This document shows positions 1 through 12,704 of a stretch of DNA of 64,000 nucleotides, piece after piece. Every line of letters starts with the position of its first letter. Position 1 is the first letter of the stretch. The notes under the pieces were generated by a model. That model ran no database searches and was not told the origin of the DNA. It was given only the letters and a program-made list of their open reading frames with translations. Position numbers and translations under genes: made by a program. Source of the stretch: Vairimorpha necatrix (Eukaryota); NCBI GenBank assembly GCA_036630325.1, contig CP142726.1:1-64000 (forward strand). The letters are read 5' to 3'.

Positions 1-1535
1 CCTACCTAACCTACCTACCTAACCTAACCTAACCTACCTACCTAACCTACCTAACCTACCTACCTAACCTACCTAACCTACCTAACCTAACCTACCTAAC
101 CTACCTAACCTACCTAACCTACCTAACCTAACCTACCTAACCTACCTACCTAACCTACCTAACCTACCTACCTAACCTACCTACCTAACCTAACCTAACC
201 TACCTAACCTACCTACCTAACCTACCTACCTACCTAACCTAACCTACCTACCTAACCTACCTACCTAACCTAACCTAACCTACCTAACCTAACCTACCTA
301 ACCTAACCTACCTAACCTACCTACCTAACCTACCTAACCTACCTACCTACCTACCTAACCTACCTACCTACCTAACCTACCTACCTACCTAACCTACCTA
401 CCTACCTAACCTAACCTAACCTACCTAACCTACCTACCTAACCTACCTAACCTACCTAACCTAACCTACCTAACCTACCTACCTACCTAACCTAACCTAA
501 CCTACCTAACCTACTACCTACCTAACCTACCTAACCTACCTAACCTACCTACCTAACCTACCTACCTACCTAACCTACCTACCTACCACCACCTACCTAC
601 CTACCTAACCTACCTAACCTACCTACCTAACCTAACCTACCTACCTAACCTACCTAACCTAACCTACCTAACCTACCTACCTACCTAACCTACCCTACCT
701 ACCTACCTACCTACCCTACCTAACCTACCTACCTACCTAACCTACCAACCTACCTACCTAACCTACCTAACCTACCTAACCTACCTAACCTACCTACCTA
801 ACCTAACCTAACCTACCTAACCTACCTACCTACCTACCTACCTACCTAACCTACCTAACCTAACCTACCTACCTAACCTACCTAACCTACCTACCCTACC
901 TACCTAACCTACCTAACCTAACCTACCTACCTAACCTACCTACCTACCACCACCTACCTACCTAACCTACCTACCTAACCTAACCTACCTAACCTACCTA
1001 CCTACCTACCTAACCTACCTACCTAACCTACCTACCTAACCTACCTAACCTACCTACCTACCTACCTAACCTACCTACCTAACCTACCTAACCTAACCTA
1101 ACCTACCTACCTACCTACCTAACCTACCTACCTACCTACCTACTCTACCTAACCTACCTACCTAACCTACCTAACCTACCCTACCTAACCTACCTAACCT
1201 ACCTACCTACCTAACCTACCTAACCTACCTACCTAACCTACCTAACCTACCTAACCTACCTACCTACCTAACCTACCTAACCTACCTACCTAACCTACCT
1301 AACCTACCTAACCTACCTAACCTACCTACCTACCTAACCTACCTAACCTACCTAACCTACCTACTACCTACCTAACCTACCTACCTACCTAACCTACCTA
1401 CCTACCTAACCTACCTACCTACCTAACCACCTACCCTACCCACCCAACCTACCTACCACCTACCTACCTAACCTACCTAACCTAACCTACCTACCTACCT
1501 AACATACCTAACCTAACCTACCTATCTAACCTAAC
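1..1535. repeat. Telomeric tract of mixed CCTA/CCTAA units (G-strand TAGG/TTAGG)
   Basis: Continuous C-rich repeat from base 1, ending abruptly at ...ctaacctaac|acgtaagc. The C-rich strand at the 5' end indicates a left chromosome end. Rare variants (ccta>cta, cca, cccta) occur. Confidence 0.95.
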
Positions 1536-1619
1536 ACGTAAGCTTTTAGCCCTCAAACCTTTCTAAATCTTTTGTTTAAAAAATTTATCAATTAAATCAA
1601 TATGTAACTAAAATAAATA

Positions 1620-1692
1620 AAAATTGAAAATTTGTATAAAAATTGAAAATTTGTATAAAAATTGAAAATTTGTATAAAAATTGATAATTTGT
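1620..1692. repeat. 19-bp tandem repeat (aaaattgaaaatttgtata), about 4 copies
   Basis: ttgaaaatttgt recurs at 1624, 1643 and 1662, with a variant at 1681. Confidence 0.85.
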
Positions 1693-1753
1693 TTTTAAAT
1701 TTTATCTAACTATCTTTATAATTAAATTATTTTTTTTCAGATTAATGATTATA

Positions 1754-4700
1754 TGTTATACTTTTATTTAATAGGGGGTTCAACCCAACATCCCCCTAAG
1801 ACGTGTAGTCTCAGGTTACAAGCTTCTAATTTTTCATTTTAATAATCTTTTAGGTCATAATGTCGTTTCTTAATGTATCTTCAGCTATCAGTCCTTACAA
1901 TATAAGAATAATTCTCGCACTTTCCCATTATTTTACCAACATTTGTGAATCTTCCTATCATATTTTTCATCTATTTTCCCAAAATTTTATCTTGCGATTT
2001 TCACAGCCTGATCTACTTCAAGTTTTTCTCTATGATTTTGTTTAAACTTACTTGCATATTCATCCTTTTCATCAATTTCCATAAAGACTTCTTCTCCTTA
2101 TTCTTTCCATGCTTCCATTGGTGTACATTTTATCGCTGTGTAGAGTGTTATTATAGGTTCTTACAGCTTGTTCTAGTTTTTCCTCTGGGTTTCCTTGTTT
2201 TTGATTGATCATCAATTCCCTTATTGTTCAAATACATCGTTCTATTCTTCCATTGCTCCTATGAGATTCTAAACCTACTTTCCGTTGTATAAATTTGTTT
2301 TCTTTACACCAAGTTACGTACTTCTCAGTGAAATATTTCTTACCGTTATCCGAAATATTCATCTAGGCATCCATCTTCATTTATCAATTAACCTAAAATT
2401 TTCGTAATAACATCACTTCCCTTATTTCCTATCTTTGCGCCCCATACTCTTCTTGTAAAGGAGTCAGTCCCTAATAGCACGTATTTTTCTTTTTTTTCAA
2501 TATCCATTACGTCTAAAGCTACTTTTTCTAATTTCTTAAATGTTGTTACAAATTTGGAACCTCCGGTCGTTTTTATGTTATTAATGCAACATACTTTACA
2601 ATTTTTTAGCATTGTGGTTATCTGGTCCAATACCTTGCCAGTACAGTCTTTGTTTTTCCTTATAATAAGTTTTTTCACTCCTCGATGATTTAAATCCTCA
2701 TGAACTCTGGAATTTCTGTCTCTCTTAGTTCTTTGTGTAGTAGTTCTTTAATTTCTCCTGTTGAGAACTTCAAATAGTTTTTACCTTCTCTTTTAACCAT
2801 GCGCTTTATTTGTCTCCCTTTCATCTGTTTTTAAGTCCGTTTCTATCTTTCGCTGCTTTTTTTATCACTTTGTTATTTTTAAATTGTCTACTAAGAGCAT
2901 CTACATCCGTCATCCATTCTCCTTTTACATATTCAATAGTAAAATCGAACTCTTGTATGTTTTTTATCCATCTATTATTTTTGTTAGTTTTGCGAAACGG
3001 TTTGTTTCTAATCTCAGCCAGTTCTTTATGATTTGTCATTTAATGAAATTTGCTTCTCTCAAATCGGATTCGAATTTCTTTATTCCAAATAACACTGTCA
3101 ACATCACTTTTTCATTAATCATATACCTTTTTTCTGTTGCTGTTAACATTTTTGATGCCCATTGTATCTGATTCCACCTTCCTTCTTTGTCTTCTTGCAA
3201 TAGTATAGCTCAAGTTCCCGTATCGTATGCATCTGTCCTTACTCTACACATTTTTTTACTATCTACCATTTTTAATTTTTTCACATCCTTTAAACCCTCT
3301 TTGATATCCATAAGAGCTCTTTCCATATCTTCGGACCATTCCCATTTAACATCTTTTTTTAGTGCTTCTGTAAGAAGCGCTGAAACATAAGCATAATGGG
3401 GAATAAAATCTCTTAACCAGCCTGCACGTCCTCAAATCTCTTAAGCTCTTTCATCTTGTTAGGCCTTCTGTATTCTAATGTCTCTTGCTTTTAAATTTCA
3501 TTTGGAGTTATGTCTTCTCCGTTAATTGTTACTCCAAGTAGTTTTACTTCTCCTTTATATTGTATTTTTTTTAAGTTTTTTTTAATCCACATTCGTTAAA
3601 TAATCGAATTACTTGTTTTAATAAATTTTCGTTTATATTACTATCTCTTGCATGAATAATAATAATATCATCCATATACACCTCAACACTCTTGCCTCTA
3701 AACTTATCTAAAACTCCGTTCATCACTTTTTACATAAAATAGGAAGATTTTTAAATCCCATTACCATGCTATTCTTTTTGTAAACTCTAACATTTATCTC
3801 AAAAGCTTTCTTATGCTTTTGAGCTTTCTTAATTTCTATATGATAGAATCCTTCCTTTAGTTCTATAACCATAAATACAATAGAACCTTATGTTGCCCTA
3901 ATAATGTCTCTAATCAATGGCAATTCATACGGATCTTTTTGCACCAGTTCGTTTAAAGCCATCAAATTGCTTCTAAATTGTACTTCACCATTTAGTTTTT
4001 CTATAGTACTTATTGGGCTTCTCCATTCGCTCTTTGTCCTTCTGAAACTACCTCTACTTTCTTTTAAATTAATATACTTTTCTAACTTTTCTCGAATTAT
4101 AAGAAATATTTTGTCTTTTTATAACTACTTTCACTTCTTGTTTTGTTTTGATAGAATATTTTCCCCCTGTTAAGTATTTTATTTTCCTTTCGTCTTTTCC
4201 TAATACATCAGGAAATTTTCCTTCCAATTCTTCATATTTAATAATATTTTTTCTCTTTTTATCTTGGTTTGTATTTTCCACATAAAAACTGTTTCTTATG
4301 TTCCTCTTTCTACCTCCACTGATAGTCTTAATTTAAAATCATTTTTTTTTAATATTTTCTTTTTACTATTATCACGAACCAAAATATTAAACACTTTTAT
4401 TTTTATTATTCTATTCTTGTTCTCCTTACGCTCTTTACAACCTCTAGCTATATGTATTATTTTCCACATATAAAACAATGGTTTTCTTCTCGTCTTTGAT
4501 ATCAAAAGTTTTTTGCTGGCACTGCTATAGTCCTAGTCAGTTATCCTTTAATCTTCTTTTATATTTTTCTTTCATAACCTCTACCATATATTCAAGTTCT
4601 CTACTCCTTAATTTTTCCTTGTTCTTATTCTCTTTCTTTTCAACAACTAATTTATCAATTTCATCAATAATATCATTCCAATTAATCATACTGGTCAAAT

Positions 4701-4922
4701 TTTTATCAATAATAAAATCCTGAAGTTCAGAAACTTACTTGTTTTATCGACTGCTTTGTTGTCACATCTTTTACATCTTTCTGCATTCTGATGATTGCTT
4801 CAACTCTCTGGGCTTCTTTTAGTAATTTTCTCTTCTCTTAAACACAGGTCTCACTTGTTACCCTTTCATCTTTTGTGTTTGCCATGTTATACATTTATTT
4901 AATAGGAGGTTCAACTTTAACA
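1754..4922 (-). mobile_element. Degenerate full-length mini Ty3/gypsy LTR retrotransposon, copy 1 (37/38-bp LTRs)
   Basis: LTRs 1754-1790 (tgttatacttttatttaatagggggttcaacccaaca) and 4885-4922 (tgttatacatttatttaataggaggttcaactttaaca). TSD TTATA at 1749-1753 and 4923-4927. PPT (TAGGGGGA) and PBS-like TGGCAAACACAA. Frameshifted CCHC knuckle, RT (YMDD at ~3668-3679), RNase H (DVDALSR) and integrase (ALDVMD, FTRRVWG). Confidence 0.92.
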
Positions 4923-6850
4923 TTATAATTAAAACACAAAGTATTTTTGGTGTAATTCTGCGAATAAATTTATGTAAAAATACATTGTAAAAGTATTGAA
5001 TCATGTCTTTATTTTGTAATATATTATTGTAAAAAATGTCATTCTTGTGTTTTGACATATTTCTTACTGGAAATATTCGTATTATAATAGAAAAAAAATA
5101 TTTTAGGGATATTATACAAATAACTTAAATCTCGAAAGCTTACTAACGCATATATACAGACATAGGAGCTCATAATCTTTAGGAAAGCTTATGATAAATA
5201 CTTTGAATAATAAAATTGAATCATTTTTCCAAGAAAGTAAAATGACGTGATAATTTGGAAACATTAAGGACTAGATTCCAGTGTTTGTTTAAAAATACAA
5301 TACGAATAACTAATTACAGTTGAATATTTCACTATAAAATTACGTGATATAAAAATAGATCAATGAAAGTAATTAAGATTTATGTATAAATTAATATGAT
5401 TTAATTTATTTTTATAACATAAGAAATTTTAGAAAAAAAATTGTTTTTTTAAATTTTTATCGAATATTTATATCTACTTGGCTGCTGCATAGGGATGCGT
5501 CTTCTTCTAATGTACAATTCTATGTATCTATGTATTTGCCCAACTGTTCAGGAAGTCTTTTATAAGTACAAATGATATGGTGTCTATTTTTTATGTTCTC
5601 TTTGGACTTCAATTTTTTATGGTAGAAAATATAATATTTTAAAAATAAGAGGGGGTGAAAATATTGGATAATTAAAAAATACATTCTATAAGAAATATAT
5701 TTGATTATGTGATCATAATCTCCTAGATATGTTTTTATATTTTCTGTTATAACCGTTAGATTTACTTCTTGATTGATCTTCATATAATTTTAATTATGAG
5801 GAGAACCAGTTTGATATATTGATAACCAGTTAATATTGATAAATTTTTTGCGATTCCGATATGTTGTATATTCAAAATTATTGCGTAAAAAATTGCGGAT
5901 GGTTTAAAAGTAACCTATCATTATCTATGAAAATGTTTTACATAATGTGTATATTAAAATGTATTTTTTATGATGTAACACTTTCATGGATTATTGAAAA
6001 ATTCCAATTTTTAATTAAATCATTAGATTGATTTCATTCTACGAAAATCAAAATGTTTATTCCAAAAAAATTCATAAAAATTTTTTTGTTAAAATATTTA
6101 CAATTTAATTTATCAATTTATTATTATATTTTTTTTATCAATTGATATTTAAATTAAATATTATTTGATAATTAATAATAATCGTCAACCGCATCTATGT
6201 TTAATATGTAATTGGGTTTATGCATTAAACTATTTTCTGTCATTATTAAAAATAAGAATTGTTTTTTTAATTTATATGCTCTTACATTATATTATCCTTA
6301 AATTTATATAAATATCTTTTGATTAGTTGCATTGGGTTTTGTTTATACTTTTTATTAACCCTTATTAGCTCTTATTAATTTATATTTTTAAATTCTTCGG
6401 TTAGTGTAGTTTTTTTTCGTAAAAATACTAATTCTGTTTTATTTTGATTTTATTTTTATCATAATTTTAGTATAAATAATAAATACGTGGAATATATGAT
6501 ATTTACTAGAAAAATTCATATGAAGAAATACGAAATTCATTTCCAGCTTAGTTTTGTGTATAAATTTACAATTTGTATAAATATTGATTATCTTATTATT
6601 CGAAATGTATTTATATTGTTTTCTGACCATTATTAGATTTATTTCTTAATTATTTATAATTATTTTCATTTGAATAATTTTTTGTAGTTTATTTTATAAT
6701 ATTTTTACAGATTATAACCAAAAATTTCAAAATACTGTTTTAATATAGGATAACAGAATGGAATGTTCGTTGTTGTGTTCCTATATAGATGTTTATATTT
6801 TATTTTTGTCGTATGTCTTATGTTTCTTTGAGACTTTAAATTTTCATTAT

Positions 6851-7153
6851 TGACGTAGTCCAGAGAAGCTACCTCTGGATATATATAGTTCGATGTAATT
6901 ATTGATTTTATTGTTATTAAATAAGCCTCGTTGGGCATCTGTTACGGGATACTGATCCCGGGCTTGGTAGCCCTTCCTAGTTCTATGTTCCCAAGGGTAA
7001 TGATCGTTAATTTGTTTCATGATCCGGTGGGGGTCAGGGCAAAAAAGAAATAAATATTCGATTTTTGGAATAGACCGGTCGAATGGTCTATTTTCCAAAA
7101 AGGGAAAATTGATAAAATAAAAATAAATATTTTGTGGTATTTATAATACCACA
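6851..7153 (-). mobile_element. Solo LTR (~300-bp family), copy A
   Basis: The minus strand starts with the hairpin TGTGGTATTATAAATACCACA and ends ...ACGTCA. TSD ATTAT at 6846-6850 and 7154-7158. Internal AATAAA. Confidence 0.72.
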
Positions 7154-10100
7154 ATTATGAATTTTCATGATATTATTTGGTTTATATATGCTACATTTTT
7201 ATAATAATTTTAAAAACTTAAGTTAAGCATAAAAAAATGAGTTTTTAGATATGATGGACTTTCCAATGTTTCCTTGAGATAAATAGTATTAATTTTTTTA
7301 TATAAGAACGATTTAAATCATTTATAAAACTTTATGAAATATTGATTGTAATTTAGTAACTTTAATTTACAATTTTCTAAAACCCTCCATGATATGGTTT
7401 CTTTTGAAATACAAATATATGAAAATCTTTAATAGATTATTTTTTATTTTTCGTTAAATTTTTCGTTATTAAATCATATGTTTCTCGTGTAGGTTGTATA
7501 TGTCATCATGTTTAATATGTAGGTGTAATATATTGCATTTTAAATTTTCGATTGATATATTATTTTTTAAAAAAAATTCGTTATATGTTCTAAAACTATT
7601 ACTTTTTTCAATCAGTCGTATGTGTATTATTAAGAGAGAAATTTGAAATATAAAATATAATTTAATGATCAAAAAATATTATTTTCGTTTTAGTGGTTGA
7701 GACTTCTGATTAAATAGTCGTGAAAATTTAATTGTATATAAATTTTCTTCTTTTTACTTATCTAAAATTATTCGAACGTTTAGTTTGAATGTTTTTATTA
7801 ACTATTCTAGAAAACATATATATTTTCAAAACGAGTTTTAGTCCAATACGTTTTTTTTTAAAAAAGTTATCCTACTACTTTAAATATATTTTCTTTTAAA
7901 AATTATTTTTGTAATATTAACCTCAATTATCTTTATTGAAATTGCATTTTGAAATATATTAGTTTTTTCAAAGATTTTTATTGGCAATATGTTTATTTTA
8001 CATGTTGATAAATCTTTGTGTATTATAAAATTTATATTAAGTCAAAAATATTCTTGACCTTATCATGCTTAGATTTAATCTAACGCTTTTATTGAATTAT
8101 AGACAATATATAATATCAAAATTAAATTTTATTTTACATTAAAAATATTGACTATAACGGTTATATTCAAATTTTTTATTATTAAATTTTAAATATCTGA
8201 TAATTATAAGACAAAGAACGAAATTTTTTACTTTATAAGAGTAATTTTTAAGTTTAGTCTTTTAACTTATAATATTTCGTTTTTTTGCTAAATAATAAAA
8301 TTTTTTATTTTTTTATTTAAATATGTGTAAATGAGTTATTATATATTCTAAAATTTAATTTCTTTTGAATACTTTTATAATTTTGAAACTAACGATATAT
8401 AAATATTATTTAGGTGTTTTTTCAAAGATTCTTATTTGTTTCGAAGTATTACCATATTGTTAATATTTAATATATCCAATTCTAACTTTTAGACTTTTAT
8501 TTTATTTTTTTTTGTAAATAATCTTAAAAACGTCCAGGTGAAATATTATATAGTATTATTATTGAAAAATATTTATCTTGTATTAACATGTCATAAGTAA
8601 GTTTTTAAATTTAAATTAGCTAGTGATAAACATTTTATATTATGTTATTACTCTTAATATAAATTAAAATTATTTTCTGCTTAAATATATAAATTTTGAA
8701 ATTTATATTTTGTTTGCTTGTAACTATGCTATACAAGATTCTAATAAATATAGAATTTATATTTAATTCTATTATTGTTATTAACTGTATTGGATTTATA
8801 TGCATTTCTATTCGCTCCGTATTTTTGGTTTTATTTTTTTTAATAATGCGACGCCTTTTTCAAAATCTCGAAAACGTTTTATTCACAACAACCTTGTATT
8901 AAATTGTATGTGCGATTGTTTTATTTAATTATTCATAATTGAAAATTTACTTATTATTTCTTATTATATAAAAATATGGAAAATGTTTTCAAGTAGGTTT
9001 TCCCTAGGATTTTTGAAATTTTAACATAAATGTTGGTCCTAAGTAAAATTCTTTTTACCGTTACTGAACGATTTTACAATGAATAGGTCTGTTTTTATAT
9101 TGTTAATTTAATATAATTTTCTTCAATTCTTCTAATTATAGATTAAATAAATGATTTCTAAATGAATATATAATTTTACGATATTGTTGATTGAATTTGA
9201 AAATTTTCTTTCGTATATAAACTTTTTTTATAATATTTTGATCTTCATACTTAAATTTTGATCTAATTATTATATAAAAATATTATACTTAACGGATTTA
9301 GAAAGTATTATATATAACAAAAGAGCGATTATCAAATATTTAACCGATAGATTTTTGAATTGATTTGTTCTTATTTATTTGAAATTAATAATAAAATAAT
9401 ATATTTTTATAAATATAAAAAGTATTGATGATTTTACTTTTTAGAATTTTTTGGTCATAATTTCTAATTTTGTGTGGTCAATATGATTGTAAACAACAAA
9501 TTAATATTTGTGACAATTGTTTTTTACCAACTTCGATTTCAAAAGTCTACAATGTTTTATAACTGAAACTTCTTTAGAATTCTATAGATCAAAAAAATGT
9601 AATATACGAGGTTAATCGAAATTTGTTTAAAACTTTTATATAATATTTGTTTTCGTTTTTTTACCATTAGTAATTATTATACTTAATAACGTGCACATAT
9701 TGGTCATATATAAATATTATATAGTTGATTTTTAGTATAATTTTCATTTATAAAATCATCTGATATGTTCTAGATAATTAAAAAACTTTATTGCTTGTTT
9801 TAATTTTATCTATATATACTATATGCAACATTGGGATTAATTTTTGTTCATCTTAGCGTAACTTTAATATAAAAGAAAATTGTATTTCGTCTAATATCTT
9901 GATCGTATATCTTTATTTTAAATTCTTATGTATTTATGTTGCTGAGCAATATGTATAAATCATATGAATATCTTTTCTTTATAATCTCTTTATTTTCTAG
10001 TTGTAATAATTGAATATTATTTGTATCACTTCTAAAACAGTGCTATAATGATCGTAAAATAATTATATTTGTTTGCTTTCGTACTTATACCAAAAGAAAA

Positions 10101-11530
10101 AGGGAAAGATCAAATTTCAATTATCTTGTTATTACCTATGATGTAAATTTAGATAGAGTGTAGAATTCGTTTTAAATTTTAAAAGGTTTTTTTTCTACCA
10201 ATATGCTCGTTCTTATTTTTTCTTTATTTCTCTGTTCTTCATGAATAAAACTTTGGTACTTCTAAGTTAGAATGCTAAAAATATTTCGCTATTAATAACT
10301 TTATGATTGTGTACTTGCTTCATAGATATTCAGCCCTTCATATACAAAATTCCCATTTAAATTTTATTTTTATTGTAATTTTTTTTTAGCCACGTAAGTT
10401 AAAGGTTTATTATTTTGAATGGATAAACATATTGTAAATTTTTTTTTTGTTGTATTATTGGTGAATATTTGACAGAGTAAACTTTGAAAACTGTCCTTAT
10501 GATGTAATCGTTATTACACACTTCCATAAAATCTTTGTATTTAGTTTATCAAGTTTTGGTTTTTTAACATTTATTTAAATACTTTAATGTATATACCTAA
10601 ATTATTTTAGATAGATTTATAATCTTATTTCTTGTATATAAATATATCCTAATTTATTCAACAAATATATTTTTATACTAAATTATATGTCTTAAATGAT
10701 TAATATATAGTGTCAGACATTTCTTGTAATTAAATCACTCAATGATTGTGTTTTCATTTCTTTTTGAAAGAATCTAATATACTTGTTTTTAAAAATATGT
10801 TTTTATCTTGCAAAAAGAAATAAATATATCGTTTAATTAACGTATTGTGTCTAAAGCCGATTTAATATGTTTAACTTTACTTCAATTTTTTGATTTTTAT
10901 GTCGATTCTGCACATAATGCGCTTCATTATTATTTTATATACAGCAAATTATATACTTACGTACTCATACGAAAAGACAAATAAATCTAAATTTCTTAAA
11001 ATATTAATTATACAGATATATACGTTGTCAACCTCTAAATAAAATAAACTAAATTGTGCAAGAAATAATTTTCGAAATAACAATTATAATGTTTATTCAG
11101 ATGTGTGAGGCTGCAGACCTGCACTGAAGAATGAGCTTGAAATTAAACAATTTTTGTTGGTACTGTCAAACATCTCAGAGTATTGTAAATAAACATTAGA
11201 CATGTTTGACATTCACAAACTCATAGTAAGACAAGTGCATGTCACATGAAGTACTACTGATTCAGTAGAACTTCGGTTTCATGTTTGTTTGTTTACATCT
11301 CAAAGAGTTTGACAGTTAATCTAATTGACTATTTAAACGGAATTTACCCCTGACCTACAATTCCGATGAGCAGCAAAACAAACAAATAATATAAATCAAT
11401 ATGTTAGTTTAGACTCACCACTTCAACTTCGGATCAGGCTTCATGCCGGATATAAGATGTGTAGATACTCCATAAAGAAAAAAAATTATTAATTTGTCAT
11501 ATATTTATTTCTTGTTTTTATGTTTAATTC

Positions 11531-11816
11531 CGAGGTATTGCCCGGGAGTTGGCCATTCCTCAGATAGCATTCTATAATGCTTCTCCCGGGTATTAAAGTT
11601 TTATTATAATGCAAGTTGTACTATTAAATCTGCCTCATTGGGCTTTATCTTCCCTTTTCTGGGGATGCATTGATTGATACTGCTAATTTCTAGACTCCTC
11701 TGTTCTTCTTGACATATTTTGGTGGGGGTAAAAATAAAAAGAAAATGTTTATAGAAAAATAAATTCTAGAAAATTCATTTGGAGGAAAATATAATAATGT
11801 GGTAAATAATACCACA
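11531..11816 (-). mobile_element. Solo LTR (~300-bp family), copy B
   Basis: Alignable by eye to 39727-40037. TSD AATTC at 11526-11530 and 11817-11821. The 3' end has decayed (TACCTCG instead of TACCACA). Confidence 0.8.
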
Positions 11817-12001
11817 AATTCATATTTAATATAAAAAAATATAGTTTATTTCAGAAAATAACATAATAAATACCATTGTTATAATATATATAAACAATCT
11901 TTACAAATAAATACAACATAATTACTATTATGTTTTCTATTATAAAAAATGAATTATTTCAGGATATGCTAACGGTGTTTTATATTTGTAGTATATTCTG
12001 A

Positions 12002-12150
12002 ATAGGTTCCGCGTTAGCGTCTCCTGTTTGTGGGCAGCTTCTCGGCTCTTAGTCCTTTTGAAATCGTAACCTTCACATCTCTTCGTAGTTTATTGGAATA
12101 ATTTCGTTTGTCTTCTCTGTTAATCATCTTGATGTACGCTTCTACTTTCT
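12002..12150 (-). mobile_element. Extreme 3' fragment of a non-LTR (REL-type) retrotransposon
   Basis: A VEAYIK-like remnant matches LEAYIQ of the element at 34.6-35.2 kb. It shares a 25-bp identical terminus with 21719-21743. Confidence 0.55.
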
Positions 12151-12651
12151 TATTGTATTTGATAGTTTAACCTATTTTTTATTTTATATAACAAAAATGT
12201 TAGTATTGATATTATATTTTTATTCAAATGTATATATATCTTCTTTATTATACTCTATAAACTATCTTATTTAAATTTTTAATATATCATTTTTGTTTAA
12301 TCATAATATATTTAAAATATTTTTTTTTCAAATATTTTCCTTAAATGAAGATAATTTTAGATTTTAAAATATATGAACTTATATATTACAAAAAGATTAG
12401 TATTATTTAATATAATAGACAAAATTAATATGAACCTTGCATCGATAAAAAATATTTGAATTCTACAAGCCTTGATCTGATGATTTATCCTTCATTTAGT
12501 ATTTATTGTAATATAATCCGTTGTATTAATTATCTTTATCTCTAAAAAAGCAAAATTCATTACCGACAATTAAATTACTACACACCTTCTTTTACATGGC
12601 CAACATGTTTTTTCTAAATATATTTTTTTTATACTAAACTCTAGATTTTTA

Positions 12652-12653
<2 letters not shown>

Positions 12654-12699
<46 letters not shown>
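12654..12699. repeat. (TA)n microsatellite
   Basis: Run of TA dinucleotides. Confidence 0.9.

Positions 12700-12704
<5 letters not shown>

Noticed and set aside
11545-11590. Hammerhead or HDV ribozyme in the solo-LTR hairpin (CTGAGGA)
   Set aside because: No correctly placed GAAA or cleavage site, the core is absent in copy C, and no HDV pseudoknot could be built.
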